A DNA stretch of 64,000 nucleotides from Lingula anatina (taxonomy: Eukaryota; Animalia; Brachiopoda), in assembly GCA_051362555.1 (NCBI GenBank), contig CM120649.1, positions 7,440,001 to 7,504,000 of the forward strand. The letters run 5' to 3'. The notes beneath the pieces were generated by a model. It was given only the letters and a program-made list of their open reading frames with translations, had not been told where the DNA came from and did not search any database. Positions 27,021 through 37,953 of this stretch are shown piece after piece. Both the position numbers and the translations under genes were made by a program. Each line of letters begins with the position of its first letter. Within the stretch, counting starts at the first letter, position 1.

Positions 27021-27239
27021 ATGGGAAACCGACTAAGCAACGTGGTAGAAATTGTCGAAGGCATATACCAGCCTAACAAAGTTCCGTCTGATTCGCACTT
27101 TCTGCGTTTACATGGTGCATATTGCAAAGTTCGAAGAGACACTCTCGAGTCGGGGATGGTGAAAGTTACCACTGAGTGCAGGTGCAACGTTGGGCAGAGA
27201 AAGAACACGTTTTTCAACCCATCTACGCCGAAATTTTAA
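27021..27239 (+). CDS. Microprotein family gene H (type I), 72 aa, MGNRLS...HGAYC...CRC...TFFN...F
   Basis: TATAAAA 26959, Inr-like TTAGT 26988, aaaATGG, full signature. Confidence 0.88.
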   Translation: MGNRLSNVVEIVEGIYQPNKVPSDSHFLRLHGAYCKVRRDTLESGMVKVTTECRCNVGQRKNTFFNPSTPKF

Positions 27240-27303
27240 TGAACAATAAGTATTATCTATGGCTGCATCATAGAAACTAAATTTCGACGCTCACTTAGAA
27301 ACA

Positions 27304-27425
27304 GCCCATAAAAGAAGTTTTTCTCTTCATGTTTCAAAAACATTCAACTTAGCTCCTTCAATGTAGTTTTGGAAACGAGCAGAGAAATACACCCTTCATT
27401 CCAAACGGTAATCCGTGGTATCAGA
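27304..27425 (+). pseudogene. Type II remnant H-prime: TATA changed to CATAAAA, 195 bp including start and most of CDS deleted
   Basis: ttttggaaa|cgagcagagaaat junction at 27375/27376; the paralog retains 37255-37449 between these blocks. Confidence 0.8.
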
Positions 27426-27899
27426 CTTTTATTGAAGCACATAAAATCGAGGTAGAGTCCCTTTTCATGAACTTTCTACTTACCGTATGCACGCACTACT
27501 CGAAGGCGCTAAAATCCTCCATACTATTTGCCAAACTATCCAGCAATCAAGACTACCACTGGACTTATATATGACCAGAGCTATCATCTACGATTAACAG
27601 CACTATACATTGGAAGGTACCAACCGGGCACAAATTGACCACTAGACGACCCTATAGTCCTTCTGGAATATACCAATGAATGGCCCCAGCGTATGTATGA
27701 ACTCTAATATACCTGAGGCCGCCATTTGTAGCGTCAAACTACCACCGTTTACATGGTACTCATCAGTGGTGAGTCACTGCACCACGTCCTGACAGCCAAA
27801 AACAGTAATATAATGTAAAATTTATAATGTATTATATAAAATGTTACATTTACTGAATCGAGCATTGGTTTGCGTCGCCAATCCAAACTGCATTGCTTA

Positions 27900-27975
<76 letters not shown>

Positions 27976-29478
27976 AATTTTTTTTTAAATATCCCTTCCA
28001 TTTTATTAAAAAGACATACAGGTGTATGTACGGACAGACACAGATATATTTGTGATTACATACTATGTATAAGAAACTTGGTCTTTCGTGCAACCTAATT
28101 ACTAACCTCATTCTATAAGATACTTGATTCATGAAATGGGTTTGGTTGAAATAGGATTTTGAATGAATTCGAATGCAGATGTTTATGCAGTTACAATCAA
28201 GCATCTTTTTGGAATTACATGTATTTTAATATCGCTGGCAGTGATCTTTGAAATAAAAATCTAATTACTTTTTAAATTAACTGATATTATAAACTTTGGC
28301 CAGCGACTTGTTCATTTTTGACATTCTTGTGATGTGAATCAGACACGATATTTATATTGCCACTGACACATTCAATACAAAGGGCTTTGGTCATACACTA
28401 GGTCCTTTTGTATGATTTCTATTATAGATATATAGCAGGCGTTTACAATTATATTAATTATTTTTCATTGGTATTATTTATAAAAAGTGTTTAAAACAGA
28501 TAAACAGTAAAGTTTAAATCGAGATCTTATCATCTCACCCAGACACTCTTGAGTATTGTGAGAGCTCAGTTCTACTTTTTCACTCTACCGGCTACCAAAT
28601 CGGTAATTTCATTGAGAATAATATGTTTTGTCTGTAAATCTTTAAAGCAAGTACGCAAAGTTGCATTGCAGATCTTATTCATCAGCTTAATTTAAAGCAC
28701 ACAGTAAAAGCAGAAACTCTTTTTACGTCTAGTATTTACTTACTAACTATGAAATAAAGAGGCAGTGTATCGCATCTTATAATGAGCTCATAACATTTTT
28801 ATTGTTAATTCTCATAATTCTGTGGTAAGGTCTCTATGGCACGCTACGAACAGACGTTTACATTTTCATTAATCCTTATGCTTTGAATGATTTCTATGAC
28901 ATATTTAGAACAGGAGCGTTTACTTTTTGTTAAGTCATACTTTTGGGGATGATTATTCGATGCGTCATAAGAGAAGTGCTTTGGTTTTATCAATTTTTCT
29001 ACAAAATAAACACGTCCTGCATTAGTTTGTTGAGCACTAAGATGGGACCAGTTTGTGTAGTTCACACAGTCTTTCTATATGACCAATTCCTGTTATCGTT
29101 AGAATACAAATAAGGCATATCACTCTAAATGATTTTGAACTTTGATGCTTTGCTAGTTAACAATAAGGGATTGTTCCAAGAAAGATAAACCTATCGAGCA
29201 TGCATTTGATTCCCAAAGAGTTTTTTATATTAGTCATGCAAAAACATACATGTACTCGTAAAATAATATATTTTATTTTTTTTTAAACAAATTTATATTT
29301 ACACACGGTTGACCTAGTTGCATGTTTTCTCAGTTTACTTCATATCAAAAATTTACAGTTATCATTTTTATCACAGTTTAATTTTTAAGTTACAGTTATG
29401 CTATATTAAGAAAATGAAAAATGGTTCTAACACTGGACTTTACGTTGAAACGGAGATCACTACGTTACAATCTTTTTA

Positions 29479-31535
29479 CAGTCATATGGCATCTGGCCGC
29501 GCGTAGGAAAATATTCAGAACGGAGCGCGTGCGCTGAGATGACGTCGTGGTTGAAATTTTGTAAATTGCGTAACCATCGCGGGAATTCATGAATTTTGCT
29601 TAATTGCCGTTATACTTGCTTCTGAAGAATTAAGACGTGATAGCAGAGTTCACTACGCGTCTCTACGTCTGCGATTTACCTAAAAATAAGCAGAAATGAA
29701 TGAGTTAGAACTCGAGGAAGTAGGCCAACGGGTCAATTTTTGGCCGTAGCAACACTGTAACAAATTGAGATATCTCCTTTATTAGAAATAACACGTCTTA
29801 GTAAATTCCGTAAAATGTTGCTTTTTCAAAACGACAAATACGAGTCAAGTTTCATCGAAAGATATAATCGGAAACTTTTTATGCGAGCTGTTGAAGTGAG
29901 TTTTTGACTCTATTCCGCTAGATGTCAGCCATATTCTGACGTCATATTCTCCAATACAGAAGCAAGTGAAGGTCTGAAGATTTCACTAAATTTCGAGAAT
30001 CAATATACTTATCATTTGTTTGAACAATAAAATGTCCCTTTTAAGTTATATAAATGATATTTAAGGCGTTAAAATCATTTTACCTTTCTAGATGTCTTAT
30101 TTCAAAAGAAAATGTTTTATCGTTATATCGCACCTGCACAAGTCAAGTCGGTTGCGAATCCTCCACGAAATTTTCTGCCATAAAGCTTATCTGCACAATC
30201 CTGAGTTACGAGTAGACTGAACATAACATTTAAATTCTGTTTACCATTACGGACTGCGGCTCTGCCAATATAGTTTGTTGTTTATTCATAGTAAAATAAT
30301 GAACCTTAACCGACTTCATAACAAAACTGCTTCAATATTTTTCATGTGGTGTGGAGGAGTTTAATTAGTAGGAAACAAGAACAAGAACAAGAAATTTAAT
30401 GGGAAAGAAGCACTAACTTGCCGTAGAAATCCAACATTTTCCAACTTAAGATATCATCAAAAACGCATATACATACCGGTTTAGGCTACGTATACGTACT
30501 GTAGTATGGCAAATCAAATCTTAAGCGATTTATTCTAAAATCTTGGTTCTTCTTTAACTCCCACACACCCCTTTATTTTGCAGTAATGGACTAAGCTACC
30601 CTGCTATTTGGAATGTGGCATTTGAATCTTTGATACTTTTTGGATACTTTTTTTTACAAATATGCGCGTTGTTTTATAAATAGCTAGGTCAACATATAAT
30701 CTCCTGCATAAATGATATCAGAATACATAAATAAAATCAGGTCATTTTCTTATGATCATTTTTTATATAAACGATAAAATACCATACAAAACACTAAATA
30801 ATGATAGAATATTCAGTTATCGGCAGGATTATCTAACCTTGACCGTTCAATAAGAACTCCCACAATGCTTTAGTAGTTCAAGGTCTCCTTCAAGGTCATC
30901 GTAAAACTTTCCAGGAATGCACACACGAAAGGTACAGTGAGAGAAATATTACTTGATCGTTTTCTTTAAAATAATATATGTGTTGATATTTTTAATAAAG
31001 ATGTAACCTGCAAATAAATGTACTTTTTGCGATGGTCTGAGACCGCCAATTTTTTGTCATTATTTGAGCCGCATCTTGGATTTTTTCTTCTAGTGACAAT
31101 ACAAGAAATAACACGTTCTTGAAACTTTGAAATTTTAAACCTTAGGTGGTGTTTTAACTTATATATAAAAATGAGACAAATTCAGGCCTGGAAACTTTTT
31201 TCTCGCAACATAGTCCCACCCCCTACGATACTCATTTTGAGAACGATTTTATTTTCAAATTTCAAAATCGTGAACATATTACATTAAAATTTTAGCATAT
31301 TTCAGTAATCCTTTGAAATCGAGGGTAAGAGCATGAACTTTTCTTATTATCTTTACAAAATCACAACTCAAAACGACCTTGTTTGTTTTTAAACTGGTTT
31401 TATTTGCAAGGTACAGTTTTTCACGTCAGCCATCGCATTTGTCCAGATACGGCGCTACTTCGTGACGCGGACTCACTGAAAAGTTTCAAATAACCGCCAT
31501 GACGTTACGTTTTTCAGCCGGTTGCCATCTGACTG
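29479..31535. mobile_element. 2057-bp non-autonomous DNA transposon with 3-bp TTA target duplication
   Basis: TIRs cagtcatatggcatctggc / gccggttgccatctgactg (16/19 match); TTA at 29476-78 and 31536-38; empty site in paralog at ~39921-39936. Confidence 0.85.
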
Positions 31536-32351
31536 TTATAAGACCTCATTCAGCGCAATGGCCAAGAACTCAAAAGTAAATGAAATTTAACGACAGTAAA
31601 ACTGGTCAAAAAAAACTAATAATATTTTTGACATTTAGGCGGGGCAGAAGTCTGTGATGTTTCATTTTATACCAATACATTCATTACTGCAGAAATAACT
31701 CGACTACATTTTTCTGCAATTTACAATCTACATCCAGGATAATAACAATAATAAATTATTCCAAACATGATCTTGCTTGTCACGGACTGTTTGCCAGTTA
31801 CCTCGTGCCATACTTTCAGTCTGCAGAAATTTACAAAATGACACTTCTAATTAAGGTCAGTATTGTATCAGATTGGAATCAGAAACAAATACAAAATTAG
31901 AAAATCGTCATATCAGTGGTGATAGGACACCTTTATAGGATTCTAAATACTTGGTAATGGTATCTTAGAAGTATCCAACGAAGTACCCATCTGTTTCTAA
32001 TACAATAGATACTCTTGCAGCTCTCGAATAACAGCTGCGGAATTACTATCACTATTAATCACGCTCCAACAGACATCACAACCCAGATTCTCAACAACCG
32101 GTGAAAGGCTACTGAACATTGTTAATGAACGTCTGTCGAGGAATATTTTAACCGTAAATTATAAAAAAGTCTAAAAATTGGATCCAGGGTATAAAGCCAG
32201 TCACCTTCAAACAGAGACAATTTAATAGGCCACTATACCCAACAACAAAAAAGCAAAACTACTTTCCAACAATAAAATGGCTCTCTTCCCTATATTTAAC
32301 AAAAATCGTGAAAGAACATTATATTATGATACAGTTACAAATTATGACAGT

Positions 32352-32510
32352 TTATCAGCCCTTGCTCAGTTACGTCTTAGAACTCCACTGGGTGGCACAC
32401 TTGGTCGAAAGCTGAAAAGTGTGACAATCTGTCACCAGTGTACCTAAGGGGCACTTGAAGATGAATACATCTTTATACTTCAATACCCGACATATAAACA
32501 GTCCGGGAGG
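32352..32510 (+). mobile_element. Decayed non-LTR retrotransposon ORF2 C-terminus (second copy ~40753-40910)
   Basis: Translates LSALAQLRLRTPLGGTLGR...TICHQCT*GALEDEYIFILQYPTYK, resembling the CxxC...EDExHFxxxCPxY end of LINE ORF2; stops present. The element probably extends upstream to ~31600. Confidence 0.6.
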
Positions 32511-33865
32511 CCTTCTTTAGTGAAATCTCAGTCCTAAAAGCTGATACACTCAGGTCACCATAAAGCAAACTAAGAAAAGTATTTTACCGTGCCAACAAAG
32601 ATAACCTAGTCTTTTACATGTTTCACGATTTGCATTTATGATGAATCTGTAAACACACCAAGAAGTTATATCTCCCGCTTAGATTGAATATTTTATTCGT
32701 AATTTAACTAGTAAATCTGTTCATTATGTTAAGATATATATTTGAGTCATACACTTGCAACAAAAATACCAATTACGGAATGACAATGCACCAATTGTAT
32801 TGTTGTTTTTATATTATATTGTACAAATGCAATACAGAAATGTACCAATACAGAAATGACTTGAATGTAAAAGAACGTTTGACTACATTAAAAACAAATA
32901 AAAGAAGAGATAACAAAATTAATTAGAGAAAACTTTTAGATACTTCCTTTCAGGAAGTCACTGGGGATGGCAATAGTTTCATATTGATTGCATATAAAAT
33001 CATTGAAACCGATCAATGTCTAAAACATACACGGAACTGGTCAGATGTAAAGGAGATGTACAATTTTGGTCTCACTCAGCGTTCTTGGGATGAGGCAAAA
33101 ATTAAAAAGTAATACCAGTGCCCCATTCAAAAAAGAGTATGTGAAAGTGCCAAGGGGGCAAGACGTCTATCACTTCATAGTCACCCAAACAGGAGGGGTT
33201 TCTCCATGAGATATACGAATTAAAGGTGCCACAACTGAGTTTAATAATATTTATGCCTTAAGTTTATAAGACTTTGTGAAACATCTCAATTAGTAGACGT
33301 AGTAATGAATGTAGTATGCATATGAATTATATTGCAGGGCTACAGTTATTAAATCCGTCTTTGTGTAAACTTATTTTAAAAATATAAATAGGGATTATAA
33401 TTATTAATTATTAATAGGGATTATAATTATAATTGGGATTATATTATTTTGTTACAGTCGTCTTATACACCACCGCGTTCTAAGGGGGTAATATATTTCA
33501 GTTAATTAAGGATGGGATGGCTTTACTGTAATGTAATATATACTGTAATATATATCACATCTATTAATTACAATTGTAAGTCACAATCAAATAGGATGTA
33601 TATACTTTCACGTTCATCAATCATACCTATTGCAATTTATCAATCCAAATGTAACGTCGAAATACATAAATAGCTTACTTACGTAACAAGCTGCGTCTTT
33701 TTATCCAAAATGTTGTACGGAAGGTAACAGAAGTATTCACGTCTGCTTCAGTATTTCACATCATCAATTCAAACTGCATTTTAACTGTACCTTCCCAATC
33801 TCAAACCTCCTGGGGTATGTACCACTCCATAGTTACTTAATAGCCACTGTGTAGATTGTATATAC

Positions 33866-34032
33866 CAGGAGCAGATCCAGAGCTATTTACTGACAGTCTT
33901 CCAAATTATCTTTGTTGATTCATCCTCCAATTTTGACCGTCTTCCAACAGAAAAAAATAGATATCGTCAATGTAAACTTGAAAATCTGACCGCCTTCCGG
34001 AAGACCCAGAAGACGGCCTAAATCCGCCCCTG
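33866..34032. mobile_element. 167-bp MITE-like insertion with 5-bp TATAC target duplication
   Basis: Ends caggagcagatccag / ctaaatccgcccctg; TATAC at 33861-65 and 34033-37; empty site at ~42621-42636. Confidence 0.8.
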
Positions 34033-36899
34033 TATACTGTGTATATTACGACAGCGCCACATTATCATAGCTATTCTTCATCAATATTGATATAGAACAG
34101 AACGTATTGACTGTTGGGATTTACTGATGATATATCTGTCTGAGCTTGTAGCTAACTGGATCCTTACACCACAATACCTTCACAATATAATAGAAATATG
34201 TCAGGGGGATAACATCCATCTTAGCTAGCTAACACTACAGAACCCCCACTACCAGCTAGTCTTTAACCACCGCCCTGCATGGATATACAGCACGGGATCA
34301 TCACAGTACTAGAATCACGCCAAGGGATAAAACCATCTCAACTAGAACCTACAAAGTCAGATATAAACCCGTTAATTCTAATTTATTTATAAATTTCCTC
34401 CGTATATACATATATATTTCTCATGCGCAGTTTCAAACATATCTGACAAATATAAGAACTGCTACGTTATATGAATATTAATCATTTATTATGTAGTCTC
34501 AGATTTGCCCACATTTGATTTTTTTTTTTTTTTTTTTTTGAGGGGGGTGTATTATATCACAAAAGAAAATCATTGCTGAACTTAGAATAAAAAGAAAAAT
34601 ATGGAAAAAACAGCTTACAAAAACCATTGCAAATTATTCACATTAAAAATATTTAGAAATCAATAACTTTTGGGAACAAATCCAGTTAGGCAGATCTTGG
34701 GAAGAAATATCTTAATATTTTAATATTAATAATATTAAAAACACACACACACACATTATCACTCATCACGTGCATGCAAAAAAAAAAATAATAATAATAA
34801 TAATTTCAAGAACTCCCCAGGAAATAATAACAAAATCCTAATTTTCGAAAGGGGCATGCTTTATTGACATACAAAACTACTGAAAACATTTACGGATACA
34901 AACATGGCAAGACAATCAACGGGCGAAAGAGGCCAGTGTTATCTGGAATAAAATGAAACTATTATTTAGAATTAACTGATATCTTATAATATTATATAAA
35001 CTTGTTCAGTTTACTCTGGCAGAATATACTGCAAAACATCAGACGCGCACTTTCAAAAAAGGTTGTTGAACGACACGTTGCATTTTTCTAGCATCTTATG
35101 CATTTGTTCGTTCTTTTTATGTAAATCAGACGGCATTTAAATTACATTTGACAAACCCATTACACTACACTACCCATTATACACATACAATACATTATTA
35201 ATTCATTATCTTTGGTGTAATTTCAGTTTATAACGGGATTGCTAAATTTTTATTTATCCTTATCATTTGGTATGTTTTCTACGACACGTTTGTGACAGAG
35301 ACGTCTACATTATATAAATTATTATATCCTTTTGATATTATTTTTGTGACTCTTGAAAAACAGAGACATTTAAACTTACTTAATAAATTTGTACTCATTG
35401 GTATTTTCTACGGCTTGTCATGAACAGGAATGGGTAAGAATTAAGTGATGATTTTTTTCTATCAACAACAAGTGTTGTTTACAACCAATATATAAGGCTG
35501 TTAAGAATTTTATTATTTCTTACTCTTTGGTATCATTTCTACTGCACAAGACCAAAAACTGTAATAATGTGACTAATTCTTACTCTTTGGTAGAATTCTT
35601 CGGCATGTTTGGAACAGGGGCCTGTATACCTTGGTCAATTCCTACTTTTTGGTATGATTTCTTCGACGCGTCAATAAGAGAGGTTTTTGCATTCTGTCGG
35701 TTCTTGCTACAAAATAAAATTCCTTCCTGCATTAGTTTGTTTGACACTCATATGGGATAAGACTGTGTGTAATTCTTTCAACAGTAGTTTTTATTTAACC
35801 AATTAAAGTTATCGCTGGGCGAAAGATAAGCCGTTTAACAGCGCCACTTCACTTCATATGATGCCGTGATTGATTCTGAACTTTGAACGATTTTGAACTA
35901 CTTAGTAGGTAAACAAAGAAAGATAAATCTAACACCTGAAGGTATTTGTTTGGTGAAGGGTTTTAGCTGTTTAGGAAGGGTAATTGTGGAATGAAATATT
36001 TTATTTTGTTGACGAAGCAAATGGCACACACAATAGAAAAAGACGTTATATAAATCGTTGTTTGCTACCTAGTTGTCTGGTCAACTTATGTTGCAGGTTT
36101 CTATGTATGTCGTTTATGTACATGCTATCAGAAACACTGTATTGGTAGTGTGTATTTGTGAAAAATCAGTTATATAAGCCACATTGAATTGGATGCATGT
36201 AGTAATGGGGAATCAGATCTTCTTGTTTCGTATAAGCAGGGAAAAATCTGAAAAAAAAACCACCTATATCTGACTTTCAATAGTACCCAGATTTTAAAAA
36301 CAATTAAGGAATATAAGAAGAGACAAACATATCCATTTTTGTAAGTTCGGTTTTATAAGTAACTGATTCTATGAAAAAGTTTTCGCGTGGTCTTTAGAAA
36401 GAAAGACAAAACACACACTCTCGATTAAAAGAGTAACGGGACTCATATGCGACGAAATAAAACGTTATTCTTGACGTTAAAACCAAATAACCATCGAGTC
36501 ACACACGGGGATTCGATCCACCATACACAGATCTTGGCCATTGTTGTGGTTATTTTGCGGAAACTAAACCAAACGAACACTTGGTACTCGTTTTATCAGA
36601 CATATTAAATCTTAAAATTCCATATCTATCAACCAATACTCTAAAACACTAACCTCATTACCTGTACAATACATCCATCAAACACAAATTCCCACAATCT
36701 CCTCCTCCCCTTACCAGAACCAATCACAAATTCTTCTCAAAATGTTCTTCCCCCTTACCATAACCAATCACAGAACGCAATATGAGATACCGACGTTAAT
36801 AATTGAATACACTGTTAAGTAAAGATTTACAGTGACAGACTGTATAATAATATCAGAGACATATTATTAGTCAGTAACAGAAAGAGTTTTTCCACTAAA

Positions 36900-37118
36900 A
36901 TGGGAAACGTAAGAAGCAACTTGTTAGAATGTTTAGCAAGCACATACGAGCCTTACAGCGTTCCGCCTGATTCGCACTTTCTGCGTTTCCATGGTGCAAA
37001 TTGCAAGGTTCGGAGAGACACTCTCCAGTCGGGGATGGTGAAAGTTACCACTGACTGCAGGTGCAACGTTGGGAAGAGACAGAACACGTTTTTCAACCCA
37101 TTTACGCCGAAATTTTAA
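36900..37118 (+). CDS. Microprotein family gene I (type I), 72 aa, MGNVRS...HGANC...CRC...TFFN...F
   Basis: TATAATAA 36843, TCAGT Inr-like motif 36871, aaaATGG, full signature; 52/72 identical to gene H. Confidence 0.88.
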   Translation: MGNVRSNLLECLASTYEPYSVPPDSHFLRFHGANCKVRRDTLQSGMVKVTTDCRCNVGKRQNTFFNPFTPKF

Positions 37119-37283
37119 TGAACAATAAGTATTATCTATGGCTGCATCATAGAAACTAAATTTCGACGCCCACTAAGAAACAGCTTATAAAAGAAGTTTT
37201 TCTCTCCATGTTTCAAAAGCTGTCAACTTAGCTCTTTCGATGTAATTTTGGAAATTCACTTATCTTAATTGATCAAGAAGTTT

Positions 37284-37492
37284 ATGATCAAGAAGTTTAT
37301 TCAGAGGTTTGAACGTTTTGAAATACACAGTATAGACGAGGAGCGTATACTGCGACAACATATGTCAAATTTCCTGCGTCGTGATCAAAGAAAACGTTTA
37401 CTGCAGATATGGCAGTTGACACTTACGTAGATTGTGCCTGCGGACAGCACGAGCAGAGAAATGCACCCTTCATTCCAAATGGTAATCCGTAG
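37284..37492 (+). pseudogene. Type II pseudogene I-prime with two frameshifts
   Basis: MIKKFIQRFERFEIHSIDEERILRQHMSNF / CVVIKENVYCRYG / MAVDTYVDCACGQHEQRNAPFIPNGNP* lie in shifted frames; TATAAAA 37186 intact. Confidence 0.85.
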
Positions 37493-37893
37493 TATCAGTC
37501 TTTTATTGAAGCACATAAAATCGAGGTAGAGTCCCTTTTCATGAACTTTCTACTTACCGTATGCACGCACTACTCGAACGCGCCAAAATCCTCCACACGA
37601 TTTGCCAAACTATCCAGCAATCAAGACTACCTCTGGACTATATGACCAGAGCTATCATCTACGATTAACAGCACTATACATTGGAAGGTACCAACCGGGC
37701 ACAAATTGACCACTAGACGACCCTAGTCCTTCTAGAATATGCCAATGAATGGCCCCAGCGTATGTATGAACTCTAATATACCTGAGGACACCATTTGTAG
37801 CGTCAAACTACCACCGTTTACATGGTACTCATCAGTGGTGAGTCACTGCACCACGTCCTGACAGCCTAAAACAGTAATATAATGTAAAATTTA

Positions 37894-37953
<60 letters not shown>

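Noticed and set aside
10254-27217. Antisense ORFs overlapping genes D, F and H (10254-10523, 12864-13163, 26930-27217)
   Set aside because: Shadow frames of the + strand genes; no shared motif among them
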